A DNA stretch of 64,000 nt from an uncultured delta proteobacterium. Lineage in GTDB: Bacteria > Myxococcota > Kuafuiibacteriia > Kuafuiibacteriales > Kuafuiibacteriaceae. Position 1 is the stretch's first letter. Each line of letters begins with the position of its first letter. The stretch lies in contig CAWDML010000001.1 of the NCBI GenBank assembly GCA_963803435.1, forward strand, positions 928,001-992,000, in the 5' to 3' direction. The position numbers and the translations under genes were made by a program. Below the pieces are notes generated by a model, which did not search any database, had not been told where the DNA came from, and saw nothing but the letters and a program-made list of their open reading frames with translations. Below are positions 39,602 through 50,582 of the stretch, in pieces.

Positions 39602-41950
39602 GTGCACGCGGTGCAGTCCTCGATTTCGAGCGAGATCCGCTGGCGAGTGGACCTCTACACCCGATGTTTCGAGCACTGTCGGACCGGACGATTCTCGCTG
39701 GCTCGCTTCCTCGCGCTCATCCCCGACCGGCTCCGCCTCGTGACCGGCCAGCGCGGGATCGGCGTCCGCATCCCCGTGACGATCGAGCCTGCCCTGTCCG
39801 ACCTCTGGGCGGACAGCTTCGGTGCGAGATCCGCAGCATTCGTGCGAACCCAGGACCCGAAGGAGCTGCGCCGGACGCTCCGGATCGCGCAGCTCGATCC
39901 TGAGCTCGACCCGCTCGCGCTTCTCGGCTGGTTGCGCGAGCGAGGCGATCCGATCCTCGCGAGCCTCGGCCATCTGTACCGGCGCGCGCTCTCGGAGGTT
40001 GGGCGCGGCGAGGGCGGAGAGGAGGCGGCGTACCTGGTTCACATGGTGGCGACGGAGCAGCTCGCGCGGGCGATCCCGTCCGGCGAGGTCTCCTCTCGGT
40101 TGCTCGCGTTCGCCCTGGTCCAGCTCGCGCAGGGCGTGTTGCTCGCGTCAGAAGAGACGGCATCGATCTCTGCGCGCCTCGGTTACCTCTTTCAGGCGAC
40201 GCTCACGCCGTTCGCGCTCGGCGCTGATGAGGAGCAGCTCGCTCGCCGACATCTCAACTGCTATCGAACCACCGCCGAGGCGGTGGAGCTGGCCCAGCGC
40301 GTGATCCAGGAGCCGGTCGAGATGATCCCGCTGAGGCGCGTGGTCGGAACGATCGCGCGGCGTCTCTCGCTCGATCCAGAGGTCGCTCCCGTGCTGCGTC
40401 GCGAGGTCCTGCTCGAGATGATCCGGGACGCTTCGATGCTGGCTCTGCTGCAACTACAGAGTCCGCTCCCAGTCCTCGCAGAGGTCTGCCGCTCTGAGCA
40501 GGCGCTCCTCCAGCACGTCCTCAACGAGCGGCGCCGAAAGATCCTCCTCGACGCGATCTCGGCGCGCGCCCCTGAGAGCCCCAAGGCGATCGCTGCCCTC
40601 ACCCGTCTACTCGCTGCCGTCGGAGCGGTGGAGGCCGGCGATCCGAGGCCGCTCGGTCTGCACGGCGGCCTCGACGCGCGCGCCGAGCTCGCCGCGGCCG
40701 GGGCGGTGGCGTTGGTGCTCGACGGGATGGTGGACCGCCTCAAGCGCGACGTGACGGCGCTGGTCCAGGAGGTACCGGAAGACGAGTGGCGGCAGGGCCG
40801 CGCGTACCGCATCGCGCTGGAGGAGGCGCCTCTCTATCGCCTCGCTGAGGGCAGACCGCAGGCGATGCTGCTTGCAGATCTCTCGGAGGCGCCCTCGGTG
40901 GCGGCGAGGGTCGCCGAGCTCGCCCATCGGCCCGATCTGGCCATCGAGCCTTCCCGAGCGGGTGCGGTCGTCCTTCGGGGCGACGTGGTCGCGGTGGTCG
41001 AGCTGGTGCTCCAGCTGCTCCGGATCGCGGGCGAGCAGCCGGTCGATCCGGGATCGCCGGCCCGGGACGTCCTCGGTGGCACGCCGCGGCGCCTCGACGA
41101 GGTCCGTGCGGAGAGCGCCGCCCTGGCCGAGCGGATCGCGACGGTGGACGCCGCGATCCGTAGGACGAGTGATCGCGAGTCCCTCGCGCTGCTCGTCGAC
41201 GGCAAGTCGATGCTGGAGAAGCAGCTCGGCTTGCTCCGCGAGATCGCCTCCGAGCTGGGAACGCCGAAGGTGAGCATCCCGATGGTCGTCGCGCTGGGCG
41301 AGTTGACGGAGCGCGACGCACATCACGCCATCGCGAGCGCCGACTGGATCGAAGCCGAGCGGGCCCTCGCGCTCGAGTCCGCGCGCGTCACCCGAGGCGA
41401 CGAGGTCGCGGCGCCTTTCCTCGCGAGCATCCGGGCGCGCGCCCGCCTTGATCTGCCCGCTGATCTGATCCAGGAGCTCGCGGAGGCGGCGGGCGAGCCG
41501 ACCCACGTGGCGTCGGTGGCCAGCAAGATGGCTCAGTGGCTGCGCGGCGAGATCGACAAGAGGGTCCTGTCGCCGAGCGCTCTCCTTGCCTGGACCGATC
41601 CATGCGCCGAGATCCACAACCGAGGCGCGGTGCTCACCGGGGCGGCGCTGAGAGCGTGGCGGCGCGCGAAATCGCCCGCACTTTGGTTCGCAGAGCGGTC
41701 CCTGGTCTCGAGCGAGCTTCCCGAAGAGATCGCGAGGCGGTGGGTGTTCGATCGCGATCCCGAACGTCTGCTCGTGGCGCGCCGCGCCGAAGATCGAACG
41801 GCGGTCGCGATCTTCCGCTACGTCGGTGAGGCGAGCTTGGGCGCCGGACCGTCGATCGATCTGTGGGAGCTGGTTCGCCTCGAGTCCCGTTTCGGCGAGG
41901 ACGTGATTCGGCTCGAGTCTCCTGGCGACACTCATCGCGAATGGTCCTGA
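39602..41950 (+). CDS. Large hypothetical helical protein
   Basis: 782-aa ORF with GC3-biased codons and a central coiled coil; no recognised family. Confidence 0.65.
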   Translation: MHAVQSSISSEIRWRVDLYTRCFEHCRTGRFSLARFLALIPDRLRLVTGQRGIGVRIPVTIEPALSDLWADSFGARSAAFVRTQDPKELRRTLRIAQLDPELDPLALLGWLRERGDPILASLGHLYRRALSEVGRGEGGEEAAYLVHMVATEQLARAIPSGEVSSRLLAFALVQLAQGVLLASEETASISARLGYLFQATLTPFALGADEEQLARRHLNCYRTTAEAVELAQRVIQEPVEMIPLRRVVGTIARRLSLDPEVAPVLRREVLLEMIRDASMLALLQLQSPLPVLAEVCRSEQALLQHVLNERRRKILLDAISARAPESPKAIAALTRLLAAVGAVEAGDPRPLGLHGGLDARAELAAAGAVALVLDGMVDRLKRDVTALVQEVPEDEWRQGRAYRIALEEAPLYRLAEGRPQAMLLADLSEAPSVAARVAELAHRPDLAIEPSRAGAVVLRGDVVAVVELVLQLLRIAGEQPVDPGSPARDVLGGTPRRLDEVRAESAALAERIATVDAAIRRTSDRESLALLVDGKSMLEKQLGLLREIASELGTPKVSIPMVVALGELTERDAHHAIASADWIEAERALALESARVTRGDEVAAPFLASIRARARLDLPADLIQELAEAAGEPTHVASVASKMAQWLRGEIDKRVLSPSALLAWTDPCAEIHNRGAVLTGAALRAWRRAKSPALWFAERSLVSSELPEEIARRWVFDRDPERLLVARRAEDRTAVAIFRYVGEASLGAGPSIDLWELVRLESRFGEDVIRLESPGDTHREWS

Positions 41951-42076
41951 GCGGGCGCGGGTCGGCCGCTTTGGCCCAGCGCCTGGACGTACCGAGCCAG
42001 TCGTGCTGCTGGTCACTCGCGCTCTTTGCCCCTACCACATTTGGCGCTTCCACTATCTTTGCTACGATTTTTGGCG

Positions 42077-44233
42077 GTGAATGAGGCTCGCGTCCTCGCC
42101 CGCGTGGTGGCGACCTTCACGCGGGCCATCCGGGCCATGGGCTACTACGACGCGTCCCATCCCGTCTTCGAGGAGAGCAAGCGTGAGGCGTTTTCCACGC
42201 TGTCGACGACGTGGCGAGACCGCACCGTGGTCACGCTCGGATCTGCAGGCCGCCAGCTCGTCATCGACGTCGATGGGAACACGCTGGCGGACGTGCACGC
42301 TGCCGACGTCGCCCAGCGCATGTTCAACCTCTCCGTGGTCGCGATCCGGATCCACGATGTCGTGACCTCCGACGACCTGGGCGCCCTGATGAAAGTTCTC
42401 GCCGAGGGCGCGGAGAAGATCCGCGCGGCAGGCGGTGCGCGCGCGCTGCTCGAGGCTCGCGGCGTCCAGGGGATCGACGTCCTCGAGGTCGACCTCGCTG
42501 CCCTGTTCACGGGACAGAGCTCCGATCTCGGTCCGCTGGTCAACGGCGATCCGATCGCCGAGATCGCGCTCCGGGGAGTCCTCCGGTTCAAGGAGGACGA
42601 CGCGAGCGAAGCGCTCTCGATCAACCTCGAGAACCTGGCGACTCCGGAGTCTCTCGGTGAGTTCCTCGACGAGCTCCTCAATCGTGCGGAGCCTGGAGTG
42701 GTCGCCAGCGATCCGCAGGAGTGGGGCTCCCTCTCGGAGGACGATCTGGCGGACTTCGCGGCGCAGGCGTATGTGACCAACCAGGAGAGCATCGCCGGCG
42801 ATCCGACCGCCCTCGCAAAGAGCGCCCGCGTCCTCTCCCACGCGCTCGTCCGTCTTGCGCCCGGCGCTCGCTTTGCGCTCCTCAGGAAGCTCGCCGGTAA
42901 GGACACCATGGAGTCGACGCCGCACGAGCAGGCGGTGGCGCGGCTCGGTCAGCAGCTGGGCGACGGTCAGATCACGGAGGCGATCGCCTCGGCACTCGTC
43001 GACCGTTCCTCCGATTCCGATACCGTCCGCGCCATCGGCAACCTGATCCGCCGAGTGCGACCGGTGGAGGCCGAGCGGAGGCGGTTGCTCGCGGACGTCG
43101 ACGAGGACTCCATCTCCCGTAAGAAGCCGATCGATGGCGTGCTCTGGCAGCAGATCCAGTCCCAGGCGCTCTCGGATCCGGGGTTCGGCCTGCTCGAGAT
43201 CGATCTGGAGAAGCGGAAGCAGGCGCTCACGCGGGCGGCGCAGCTTCGACTGCGTGGGCAATCGCCCCCCGTGCTCGGCCAGGACATCCTTCACGCGTTC
43301 GATCAGCTCTCGGTCTCCAGGCGAGGTGCGCGAGCGCTGGCCACGCTCCTCGAGCGCCCGGGACGCCTCGCCGCTGGCCTGGTGGCGACCGCCGAGGCGA
43401 CGGTGGCCGCGCTGGTCGACCAGGATGACGACCCATCGGTGCTCGAGGTCCTCGGCGCGATGGTTCGCCGTATGGATCGCGACCGCGACCCCTACCTCCG
43501 AGCCGTGCTGAACCAGCTGCTGGTGGGAGAGCGGGGCGCGGTCTGGTCGGCGAGGCTTCTCTCCCAGTTCTTCGCCGGGGAGATCAGGAGCACGCGCATG
43601 ATGGGCGAGCTCCTCCTCAACGCGCTGGAAGGCACCGGTGGTCGCGAGTATCAGGAAGTGCTGATCGAGCGTCTCGCGCGCTTCGATCACGCGGCGCTCC
43701 TCGATCTCGGGGAACAGGCGACCTCGGCCGATCCAGTCCGTGTGCACCATCTGGTGAGAGCTGCCCTGCGCGCCGACTCGAAGGTGGGTGTGAAGATCGC
43801 GCGCATCGCTCTCAAGAACCCGAGCTACAAGGCCAAGGAGCTCGCGCTCAAGGCGCTCGTCGAGGCGCCGAGCTCCGACGCCCTCGGCGTGCTGGCGCAG
43901 GTCGCGGGGTGGAAGGGCGACAAGCACGTGCTCGCACTGCTCGGCGTCAAGTCTGTCGAGACGCTCCGCATCCACAAGCTCCAGCTGGCGGCCGTCGGGG
44001 CGCTCGGGCTCTCCCGATCTGCGGTGGCCGTGAAGCCGTTGTTCGAGCTGCTCACGCAGAAGAAGCTCTTCGAGAGCAAGGAGCTGGAGGAGATCCGCCT
44101 GGGCGCTGCACAGGCGCTCCTGACGAACGGAACGCCGGAGGCGCGCCGGGCGCTCGAGGAGGGCGTGCGCCACAAGAAGAGGAGCGTCCGCGACGTCTGC
44201 AGCCGTGTCCTCAACCGGCGAGGCGTCTTGTGA
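42077..44233 (+). CDS. HEAT-repeat protein
   Basis: N-terminal YxxxHP motif and C-terminal HEAT repeats; start uncertain. Confidence 0.75.
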   Translation: MNEARVLARVVATFTRAIRAMGYYDASHPVFEESKREAFSTLSTTWRDRTVVTLGSAGRQLVIDVDGNTLADVHAADVAQRMFNLSVVAIRIHDVVTSDDLGALMKVLAEGAEKIRAAGGARALLEARGVQGIDVLEVDLAALFTGQSSDLGPLVNGDPIAEIALRGVLRFKEDDASEALSINLENLATPESLGEFLDELLNRAEPGVVASDPQEWGSLSEDDLADFAAQAYVTNQESIAGDPTALAKSARVLSHALVRLAPGARFALLRKLAGKDTMESTPHEQAVARLGQQLGDGQITEAIASALVDRSSDSDTVRAIGNLIRRVRPVEAERRRLLADVDEDSISRKKPIDGVLWQQIQSQALSDPGFGLLEIDLEKRKQALTRAAQLRLRGQSPPVLGQDILHAFDQLSVSRRGARALATLLERPGRLAAGLVATAEATVAALVDQDDDPSVLEVLGAMVRRMDRDRDPYLRAVLNQLLVGERGAVWSARLLSQFFAGEIRSTRMMGELLLNALEGTGGREYQEVLIERLARFDHAALLDLGEQATSADPVRVHHLVRAALRADSKVGVKIARIALKNPSYKAKELALKALVEAPSSDALGVLAQVAGWKGDKHVLALLGVKSVETLRIHKLQLAAVGALGLSRSAVAVKPLFELLTQKKLFESKELEEIRLGAAQALLTNGTPEARRALEEGVRHKKRSVRDVCSRVLNRRGVL

Positions 44234-45579
44234 GGGTTGCGGCGCGGGAAGCGGCGGCGCGGGACTTCGCGCTGCGGCTCTCCGGCGTCAATCACAGCCG
44301 CCGTCTCTACGGGATGAAGGGCGCGATGTGGGAGCGCGCGCTCGCCACCGTCGCGGGTGACATCGCCCGCTTGTTCGAGGAGACGTCGCAGCCCGAGCTG
44401 ACGGTCGGGTTGCTCTCCGAAGGGCTCGCCGTTCTGGGCGTTCCGCTCGCGGATCCGCCGAGCTCGGTGTTGCGCTTCATCGGCGAGCTCAGGGAGCGCG
44501 ACGTCGAGATCATCTCGTTCAAGCCGGGGACGACGGCCCTCGAGGTCGAGACGCTGATCGCCTATCTCGCCGCCGACCCGGCCGACGTCGCTGCGATGAA
44601 GGCGGACAGCTGGCTCCGCGAACGGGGCGTCGACCACATCAGCATCAAGCACCTGAAGCTGATGCGCGGAGACAACCTGGAGACGTTCCGCGACGTCTAT
44701 TGGAGAGGGCGGCGCGTGCTCGGGCACGAGTTCGGGCGGGCGCGCTCCAAGGGCTCCCTCGACGGCGGAGCCATCGGGGAGCTGGCGCGCTCGCTCATGG
44801 AGATCATCCTAGAGGGTGACGCGCCGATCGCCACTCTGCTGGCGCTCCGGGATCGCGACGACTTCTCGATGGTGCACTCGGTCAACGTCGCGATGCTGGC
44901 GGGCACGCAGGCGGGCGCGCTCGGGCTGCCCGAGGAGGAGGTGCAGAACGTCGTGACCGCCGGGCTGACGCACGACATCGGCAAGACCAGGGTGCCGGAA
45001 ACGATCCTGGCTCGCGCGGGCCGCCTCTCCGCGAAGGAGAAGGAGCTGCTTGATCAGCATGCGGCCGAAGGCGCGCGTCTGTTGATGGAGGCGCGAGGGG
45101 CGTGCCCGCTCGCCGCGGTGGTGGCCCTCGAGCATCACGTGCCCGCGCGGTTCGACCACGTCGGGCTGGCCGCCACGGAGCTGATCCGCATCGCCGACGC
45201 GTTCGACGGGATCCGCAGCCTGCGCCCGTTCGGCGACCCGAGCTCGATGACCGGCGCGGTCGCATACCTGGTCCGGCACCTCTCGGATCGCTTCAACCCG
45301 TACTTCCTCGAGCGATTCGGCGCGCTGGTGGGCCTCTGCCCGCCCGGGGCGCACGCGTGGCTCTCGACCTCCGAGATCGTACGGGTGGCGAGTGCGCACC
45401 CGGAGCTTTCGCTGCATCCGGTGGTCGAGGTCCTGGACCAGCGCGAGGGATCGAACCGGCGCGGCGAGCTCCTCGACCTGGCTCGGTCCGCGAACGATCC
45501 GACGGCGCCGAGACTGGTCCCGATGGTGCCTGCGACGTTTTCCGATCTCCGGGTGTGGGAGATAGACTCGCTCGGGTAA
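44230..45579 (+). CDS. HD-GYP-like phosphohydrolase
   Basis: HSVNV, HDIGK, EHH, IADAFD and RP motifs; the GYP motif itself is absent. Confidence 0.8.
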   Translation: MRVAAREAAARDFALRLSGVNHSRRLYGMKGAMWERALATVAGDIARLFEETSQPELTVGLLSEGLAVLGVPLADPPSSVLRFIGELRERDVEIISFKPGTTALEVETLIAYLAADPADVAAMKADSWLRERGVDHISIKHLKLMRGDNLETFRDVYWRGRRVLGHEFGRARSKGSLDGGAIGELARSLMEIILEGDAPIATLLALRDRDDFSMVHSVNVAMLAGTQAGALGLPEEEVQNVVTAGLTHDIGKTRVPETILARAGRLSAKEKELLDQHAAEGARLLMEARGACPLAAVVALEHHVPARFDHVGLAATELIRIADAFDGIRSLRPFGDPSSMTGAVAYLVRHLSDRFNPYFLERFGALVGLCPPGAHAWLSTSEIVRVASAHPELSLHPVVEVLDQREGSNRRGELLDLARSANDPTAPRLVPMVPATFSDLRVWEIDSLG

Positions 45580-45580
45580 T

Positions 45581-46681
45581 TTGGAGGAGCTGAAGCAGGA
45601 GGCGTTCGCGCGCCTCGGGAGCCTCGTCGACGGGAAGTACGAGCTGACGCGCTTGCTCGGCGTCGGGGGGATGGGTGCGGTCTACGAGGCGATCCATCGG
45701 ATCACCGAGCGCCGAGTCGCGCTGAAGCTGCTCCACCCCACGGTGGCGCGCATCAGCTCGGTGGCCGAGCGCTTTCTGGTGGAGGCCCGGGCAGCGTCGA
45801 AGATCGATCATCCGGCGATCGTTCAAGTCCTCGACGCCGATCGCGCGGAGGACGGCGCGCTCTACGTGGTCTTCGAGCTGCTCGACGGGATCGATCTCGG
45901 GCGAGCGATCGCCCGCGGTCGGATCACACCCGAGATCCTCGGCTCGGCGATGATCCAGATCCTCAACGCGCTCTCGGTGGCGCATCAGAGCGGCTTCGTC
46001 CACCGCGACATCAAGCCCGCCAACATCTTCCTGGTGCGGAGGAAGAACGGCCTGCTCGACGCCAAGCTGCTCGACTTCGGCATCGCGCGTCACCTCGGGC
46101 GCGAGGTCAGCGACCCGGGGCTCACCGGACGTGAGTCATCCCGCCGAGCCCGGAAGCCCGGGGGGAGGCTCACGCGCGCCGGTGCAGTGATCGGTACGCC
46201 TTATTTCATGAGCCCGGAGCAGATGGCGGGCGAGGACGTCGACGGGCGGGCCGACCTCTGGTCGATCGGTGTGGTCGTGTACCACGCGCTGACCGGCGAG
46301 CTTCCCTTCAAGGCGCAGAACTACGGCGCGCTGCTGGCGGAGATGCTCAACGTCGGCGCACCCTCGCTCGCCCTCGAACGGCCGGATCTCTCGAGGCGGT
46401 GGATCGCCGTGCTGGATCGCGCTCTCTCGCCGAACCTCGAGGATCGATTCGGAACGGCGTTCGAGATGGCGCGCGCGCTGGCCGACTGCATTCGGCCGGC
46501 ACCGATCGAGAAGCCCGCCCCCTCTCTGCCGAAGAAGAGCGCGCCGGCGCCGAAGGCGCCTCCCCACCGGTACAAGTGGCAGGACGCGCTCGACGGGATC
46601 GAGCGCGAGATCGAGGCGCTGGAGAAGCGGAAACCGGGCTTGCTGGAGGGCTCGTCCTCCGAGAAGAAGTCCGATCGATGA
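45581..46681 (+). CDS. Ser/Thr protein kinase
   Basis: GVGGMGAV, HRDIKPAN, DFG and GTPYFMSPE motifs. Confidence 0.92.
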   Translation: MEELKQEAFARLGSLVDGKYELTRLLGVGGMGAVYEAIHRITERRVALKLLHPTVARISSVAERFLVEARAASKIDHPAIVQVLDADRAEDGALYVVFELLDGIDLGRAIARGRITPEILGSAMIQILNALSVAHQSGFVHRDIKPANIFLVRRKNGLLDAKLLDFGIARHLGREVSDPGLTGRESSRRARKPGGRLTRAGAVIGTPYFMSPEQMAGEDVDGRADLWSIGVVVYHALTGELPFKAQNYGALLAEMLNVGAPSLALERPDLSRRWIAVLDRALSPNLEDRFGTAFEMARALADCIRPAPIEKPAPSLPKKSAPAPKAPPHRYKWQDALDGIEREIEALEKRKPGLLEGSSSEKKSDR

Positions 46682-46829
46682 GGCCTTCCTGGTCCCAGCT
46701 TTGCTTCGCCGCTTCTCGTCTTCTCGCTGACCGCTCGGCGAGCGCCTTCCTGGGTCCAAGTCCCCGTCTATCCACCCGAAACCAGCCGCTTGATTGCCAA
46801 GCATCACGTAGAGTACCGCTACACGCTCC

Positions 46830-48254
46830 ATGCGAAGCTCGAGCCGCCTTTGGGCCCTGATCCCGCTGTTTCTGTCGGCCCCGGCCCAGGCCGAGCCCGA
46901 GGATCGAGGGCCCCTCTCGATCGCCGAGCTGGACGCTGGGGACGTCCTGGCCGACGCCGTGATGATCCCGGTCAAGGTCCACTATCCGAGCAGCGGTGGC
47001 CCCTACCCGGTGGTGCTGGTGATGCACGGCTTCGTGCGCACGGGCCAGTATCACGTGGAGCTCGCCCGCACGCTCGCGAGCCGCGGTATGGTCGTGATCC
47101 TCCCTGACATGCCGTGTGGCCTCTCCGGGTGCGATCACGAGGCGAACGCGCGCCAGGTTCGAGCGCTCCTCGATTGGTCGGTGGCGGAGTCGGCCGGCAA
47201 TGGACCTTTGGCCGGAAAGATCGATGGTGCCCATCAAGGCGTGCTCGGCCACTCGTGGGGCGGACTCGGCGTGTTCTTGTCGACGCAAATGCCCGGGCTC
47301 TCGGTGGTGGCACTCCTCGACGCCAACGACGATCGTGGCATCGCCGCGGACGCAGCCCCGATGGTGATGCTGCCGAGCATTCACATCACGGCCACCGTCC
47401 AGGGCAGCTGCAACGCGACCCATTGGGGAGACACGGTCTATCCGGTCACCGGCGTCCCGCGCTTGCGCTTGCGCGTCGTCGGCGCCGGTCATTGCGACGC
47501 CGAGGAGCCGAGCGACAACTTCTGCCCGACCATCTGCGGCCGAGGCGATCCCACGCTCAGTTACCTGTTCCGCCGCTACGCGGTGTCGTTCCTCGGCTGC
47601 GTCTTGATCGGCGATCCGGCGTACGCGCCGTACGTCGGAGGCACAGGGCTCGACGCGGACGTGATGTTGGGTCGAATCGACAGCGTCGACTCCGCCGGGC
47701 TCGGATCGTTGCCCTGCCAGCTCGCAACACCCACCGACGCCGGTGTCTCGATCGACGCAGCCCTTCCCGACGACGCAGGCGCTGCCGATAGCGGCGCGAT
47801 CGATCCCGACGGCGGCAAGCCAACCACCGGCGACGCGACCATCGAGGCGATGGACGGCGACACTATCCTCCCAGATAGCGGGGTCAGTATCGATGCGGGC
47901 GCAAACGACGACGCGGGCTCGATGATGACCGCGCCGATCGTTCCCGCCGACTCGGGCTGCTCGGCGACCGGATTACCGCTTCGCACGTCGCTGCTCGCGT
48001 GGTTGTTGTTGATCGGCGGGCTCTGCGTACGAGCTGGGCTTCGAGCGAGGACCGGATCGTCCTCGCGCGCGCCTATCCCGGCCTGGCGCACGCGGACCTC
48101 AGGTCTGCTCGGCGCGTCGAAGCTCTGCTCGAGGCGTGATTGGAGCCGGATCGGCGGTCAAGGCCCAGGACGTGAGCCGCGAGGGGTCGGTCCGGTCGAG
48201 GCACTCACCGGCCCTCGCTTGACCCGACCCGATGACTCTGATGGCCTCCCCTGA
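46830..48254 (+). CDS. Secreted alpha/beta hydrolase (chlorophyllase/cutinase-like) with MYXO-CTERM-like tail
   Basis: Signal peptide; HGF, GHSWGG and GAGHCD motifs; DAG linker; SGCSA followed by a TM segment. Confidence 0.75.
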   Translation: MRSSSRLWALIPLFLSAPAQAEPEDRGPLSIAELDAGDVLADAVMIPVKVHYPSSGGPYPVVLVMHGFVRTGQYHVELARTLASRGMVVILPDMPCGLSGCDHEANARQVRALLDWSVAESAGNGPLAGKIDGAHQGVLGHSWGGLGVFLSTQMPGLSVVALLDANDDRGIAADAAPMVMLPSIHITATVQGSCNATHWGDTVYPVTGVPRLRLRVVGAGHCDAEEPSDNFCPTICGRGDPTLSYLFRRYAVSFLGCVLIGDPAYAPYVGGTGLDADVMLGRIDSVDSAGLGSLPCQLATPTDAGVSIDAALPDDAGAADSGAIDPDGGKPTTGDATIEAMDGDTILPDSGVSIDAGANDDAGSMMTAPIVPADSGCSATGLPLRTSLLAWLLLIGGLCVRAGLRARTGSSSRAPIPAWRTRTSGLLGASKLCSRRDWSRIGGQGPGREPRGVGPVEALTGPRLTRPDDSDGLP

Positions 48255-48398
48255 GGTGAGCGAGCTCTCCGAAGCGGCGCTTCAGGCGTACGTCGCCTTC
48301 GATCTCGTGCCGGACAGCGCGGAGCGCTTCTGGCTCTTGCCGCCGTCTTCCGGCTCGAGCTGGCCCGCAGGCGGGACATCCAGCTCGAGGGGGATTGA

Positions 48399-49169
48399 GT
48401 GCTGCCGGCGCTTGCACTGATCGCCTCGGTCCCGCAGACGGACGTCGGCCTGGTCGCGCGTCTGATCGCTCCCACCTCGTCGAGCACGATCGCTGTGGGG
48501 GACGTGGAAACAGCCGCGCGCTCGGCGGCCGGATGGTTCGTCGATGTTCGACTCGCCGGGCGCGATCTGTCGGGGGCGCTCGACGCCGATCTGAGGAGCT
48601 GCGCGCTCGACAACCGCTGTTTTGGCGAGCACCTCCGGCAGCGGGGGATCGATCGCGCCTTGATCGTGGTGGTGAATCTCGACGCGAGCGTCGCGACGGC
48701 GGAGCTGCTCGGGCGCGATTCCGGCGTCGCCCTGGCGACGAAGGCGGTCGGCCTGGAGAGTGGCGTCGAGCGCGCGGTCCAGGCCGCCGTGACCGCGGTG
48801 CTGTCGGAGTCGGGCGAACGTCGCGGAGCGCGGCTGCTGGTGGAGGTCACCCCGCTCGGCGCCGAGGTCCGTGCCGGCGAGCTGGAGGTCCCTGCGGGCG
48901 AGGCGATTTATCTGCCGCCGGGTCGCTGTGCGATCGAGGCGAGCGCCGCCGGGTTCCGTTCCGCTTCACGATCGATCGAGCTCGCGTCCGGCGACGACGT
49001 CTCGCTTCGTCTCGAGCTGGAGGAGGAGCGCTCCGTCTGGCGGAGCTGGTGGCTCTGGACCTCGGTCGGCGCGGCGGTGACGGCAGCGGTGGTCGTCCCG
49101 GTGGTCGCGCTGCGGCCTGCCGGTCCCGCCACCATCTGCTACGGTGAGCGATGCGCGTCGCAGCCTTGA
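48399..49169 (+). CDS. PEGA-like domain protein
   Basis: VTPLGAEV, LPPG and WRSWWLWT tail. Confidence 0.6.
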   Translation: MLPALALIASVPQTDVGLVARLIAPTSSSTIAVGDVETAARSAAGWFVDVRLAGRDLSGALDADLRSCALDNRCFGEHLRQRGIDRALIVVVNLDASVATAELLGRDSGVALATKAVGLESGVERAVQAAVTAVLSESGERRGARLLVEVTPLGAEVRAGELEVPAGEAIYLPPGRCAIEASAAGFRSASRSIELASGDDVSLRLELEEERSVWRSWWLWTSVGAAVTAAVVVPVVALRPAGPATICYGERCASQP

Positions 49170-50567
49170 CGCTCCTGCTGGGGCTCGGCTGCGGCTCCCG
49201 CGAAGTGGTCCTCGAACCGCCCCCGATCGCCGCGGCACGCTCCGAGATCCTCGCGCTCGATCGCGACGGTGACCTCTCGCTCTTCGCGTTCTCGCGCGAC
49301 GCGCCCTTCGCCTTCAGGTTCTCCGGGGACGCCCCCTTCTCGGTCGAGTCGCTCCTCTACGACCAGCCGCTCGCCGAGCTCGGGCTCGAGCCGGGAGAGC
49401 TGGAGCGGATCGACGGCGCCTCCCGAGGCATCCCGGAGGCAGCGCACGTGTTCCGCGAGGACTTCGATCCGGAGGACCCAGCCTCGCGCTGGCAGGCAGT
49501 GGAAGGTCCCAGCGACGCGGTCGCCCACTTCCGCATCGCAGGCTCCTGTGCGCGGGTGGGCGACGAGCTCGAGCCCTATGCCGCCGAACCGACGGCGATC
49601 ACGGCCGCGGACGATCTCCTCGACGGCGGCGAGGTCCACATCCGCAGGGTGGAGATCGTGGACGACGCTCGCGTGCTGGCGCTGACCGACGATCATCTCC
49701 ACCTGATCCGGCGAGGCGAACGCCATGCTCCGGGGCCCACGACACGGTTCGGGAACCGCCAGAAGCTCCGGAGCTTCGCCTTCGATCGGGCGCGCGGGCA
49801 GGTCTGGGTGGTAGGCGGCACGTCGCTGAGCCTGCTGCTCCTCGACGACGGCGGTCTGACCTTCGTCTCCACGAGCACGGGCTGCGCCGGACCGCTCGAC
49901 ATCAACGAGACGATTGCGCTCGACGATGAGGGCCGTCCGTTCATCCTCACCGATTCCGCCGCCGCCTGCCGCTACGACGGGAATCGCTACACGCCGATCA
50001 CCGGCTTCCCGCTCCTCATCGGGTCGAGCGTGCTGAGCATGGTTCGCACCGCCGATCCCATGCACCCGTTCCTCGCCGGCAGCGCCGGCCGCTTCCACAT
50101 CTACGATCCGGCCACCAACATCTGGTTGCGCACGGATGCCACGCCCGATCTCTCGCCGCCGTTCCTCCCCTACGCGCTCGCCTCGGCGGTGGTGGAGGGG
50201 ACGCTCGAGAACTGGGCCGGCGGCAGCGGTGGCGGGCTCCTCCGCCAGCCCGAGCTCGGCGGTTGGGTGCCGTTCCCGCTCGAGCTCCCGCCGGACTTCG
50301 CGCCCTGCGGCTCCGGTCGCTACCCCGAGATCGAGAGCTCGGAGTCGATCCGTGCGCTGTTGCCCCTCGGTGATCGGATTCCTCCTCACCAGCGAGCTCT
50401 GTGCGGCGGTCGTCGAGATCGATCGGAGCGGTCGGTGCTCGCGCGTGGCGGCGGTGCGCGATGGAATCCGCGGCGACACCTTCGACACCCTCGACGCGCG
50501 CGGCTCGCTCCTGGTGGCGGGAGGGACGCGCGGGCTCCTCTACCAGACCCGGGTCGCGACCCCGTAG
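49151..50567 (+). CDS. Lipoprotein, beta-propeller-like, frameshifted near 50378
   Basis: Lipobox LGLGC; the C-terminus continues in the 50136-50567 frame. Confidence 0.55.
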
Positions 50568-50582
50568 AGGCGGCGTCCGTGA

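Noticed and set aside
39602-41950. Degenerate adenylate/guanylate cyclase domain (MLLADLS...GDVV)
   Set aside because: The similarity is too weak to support by eye.
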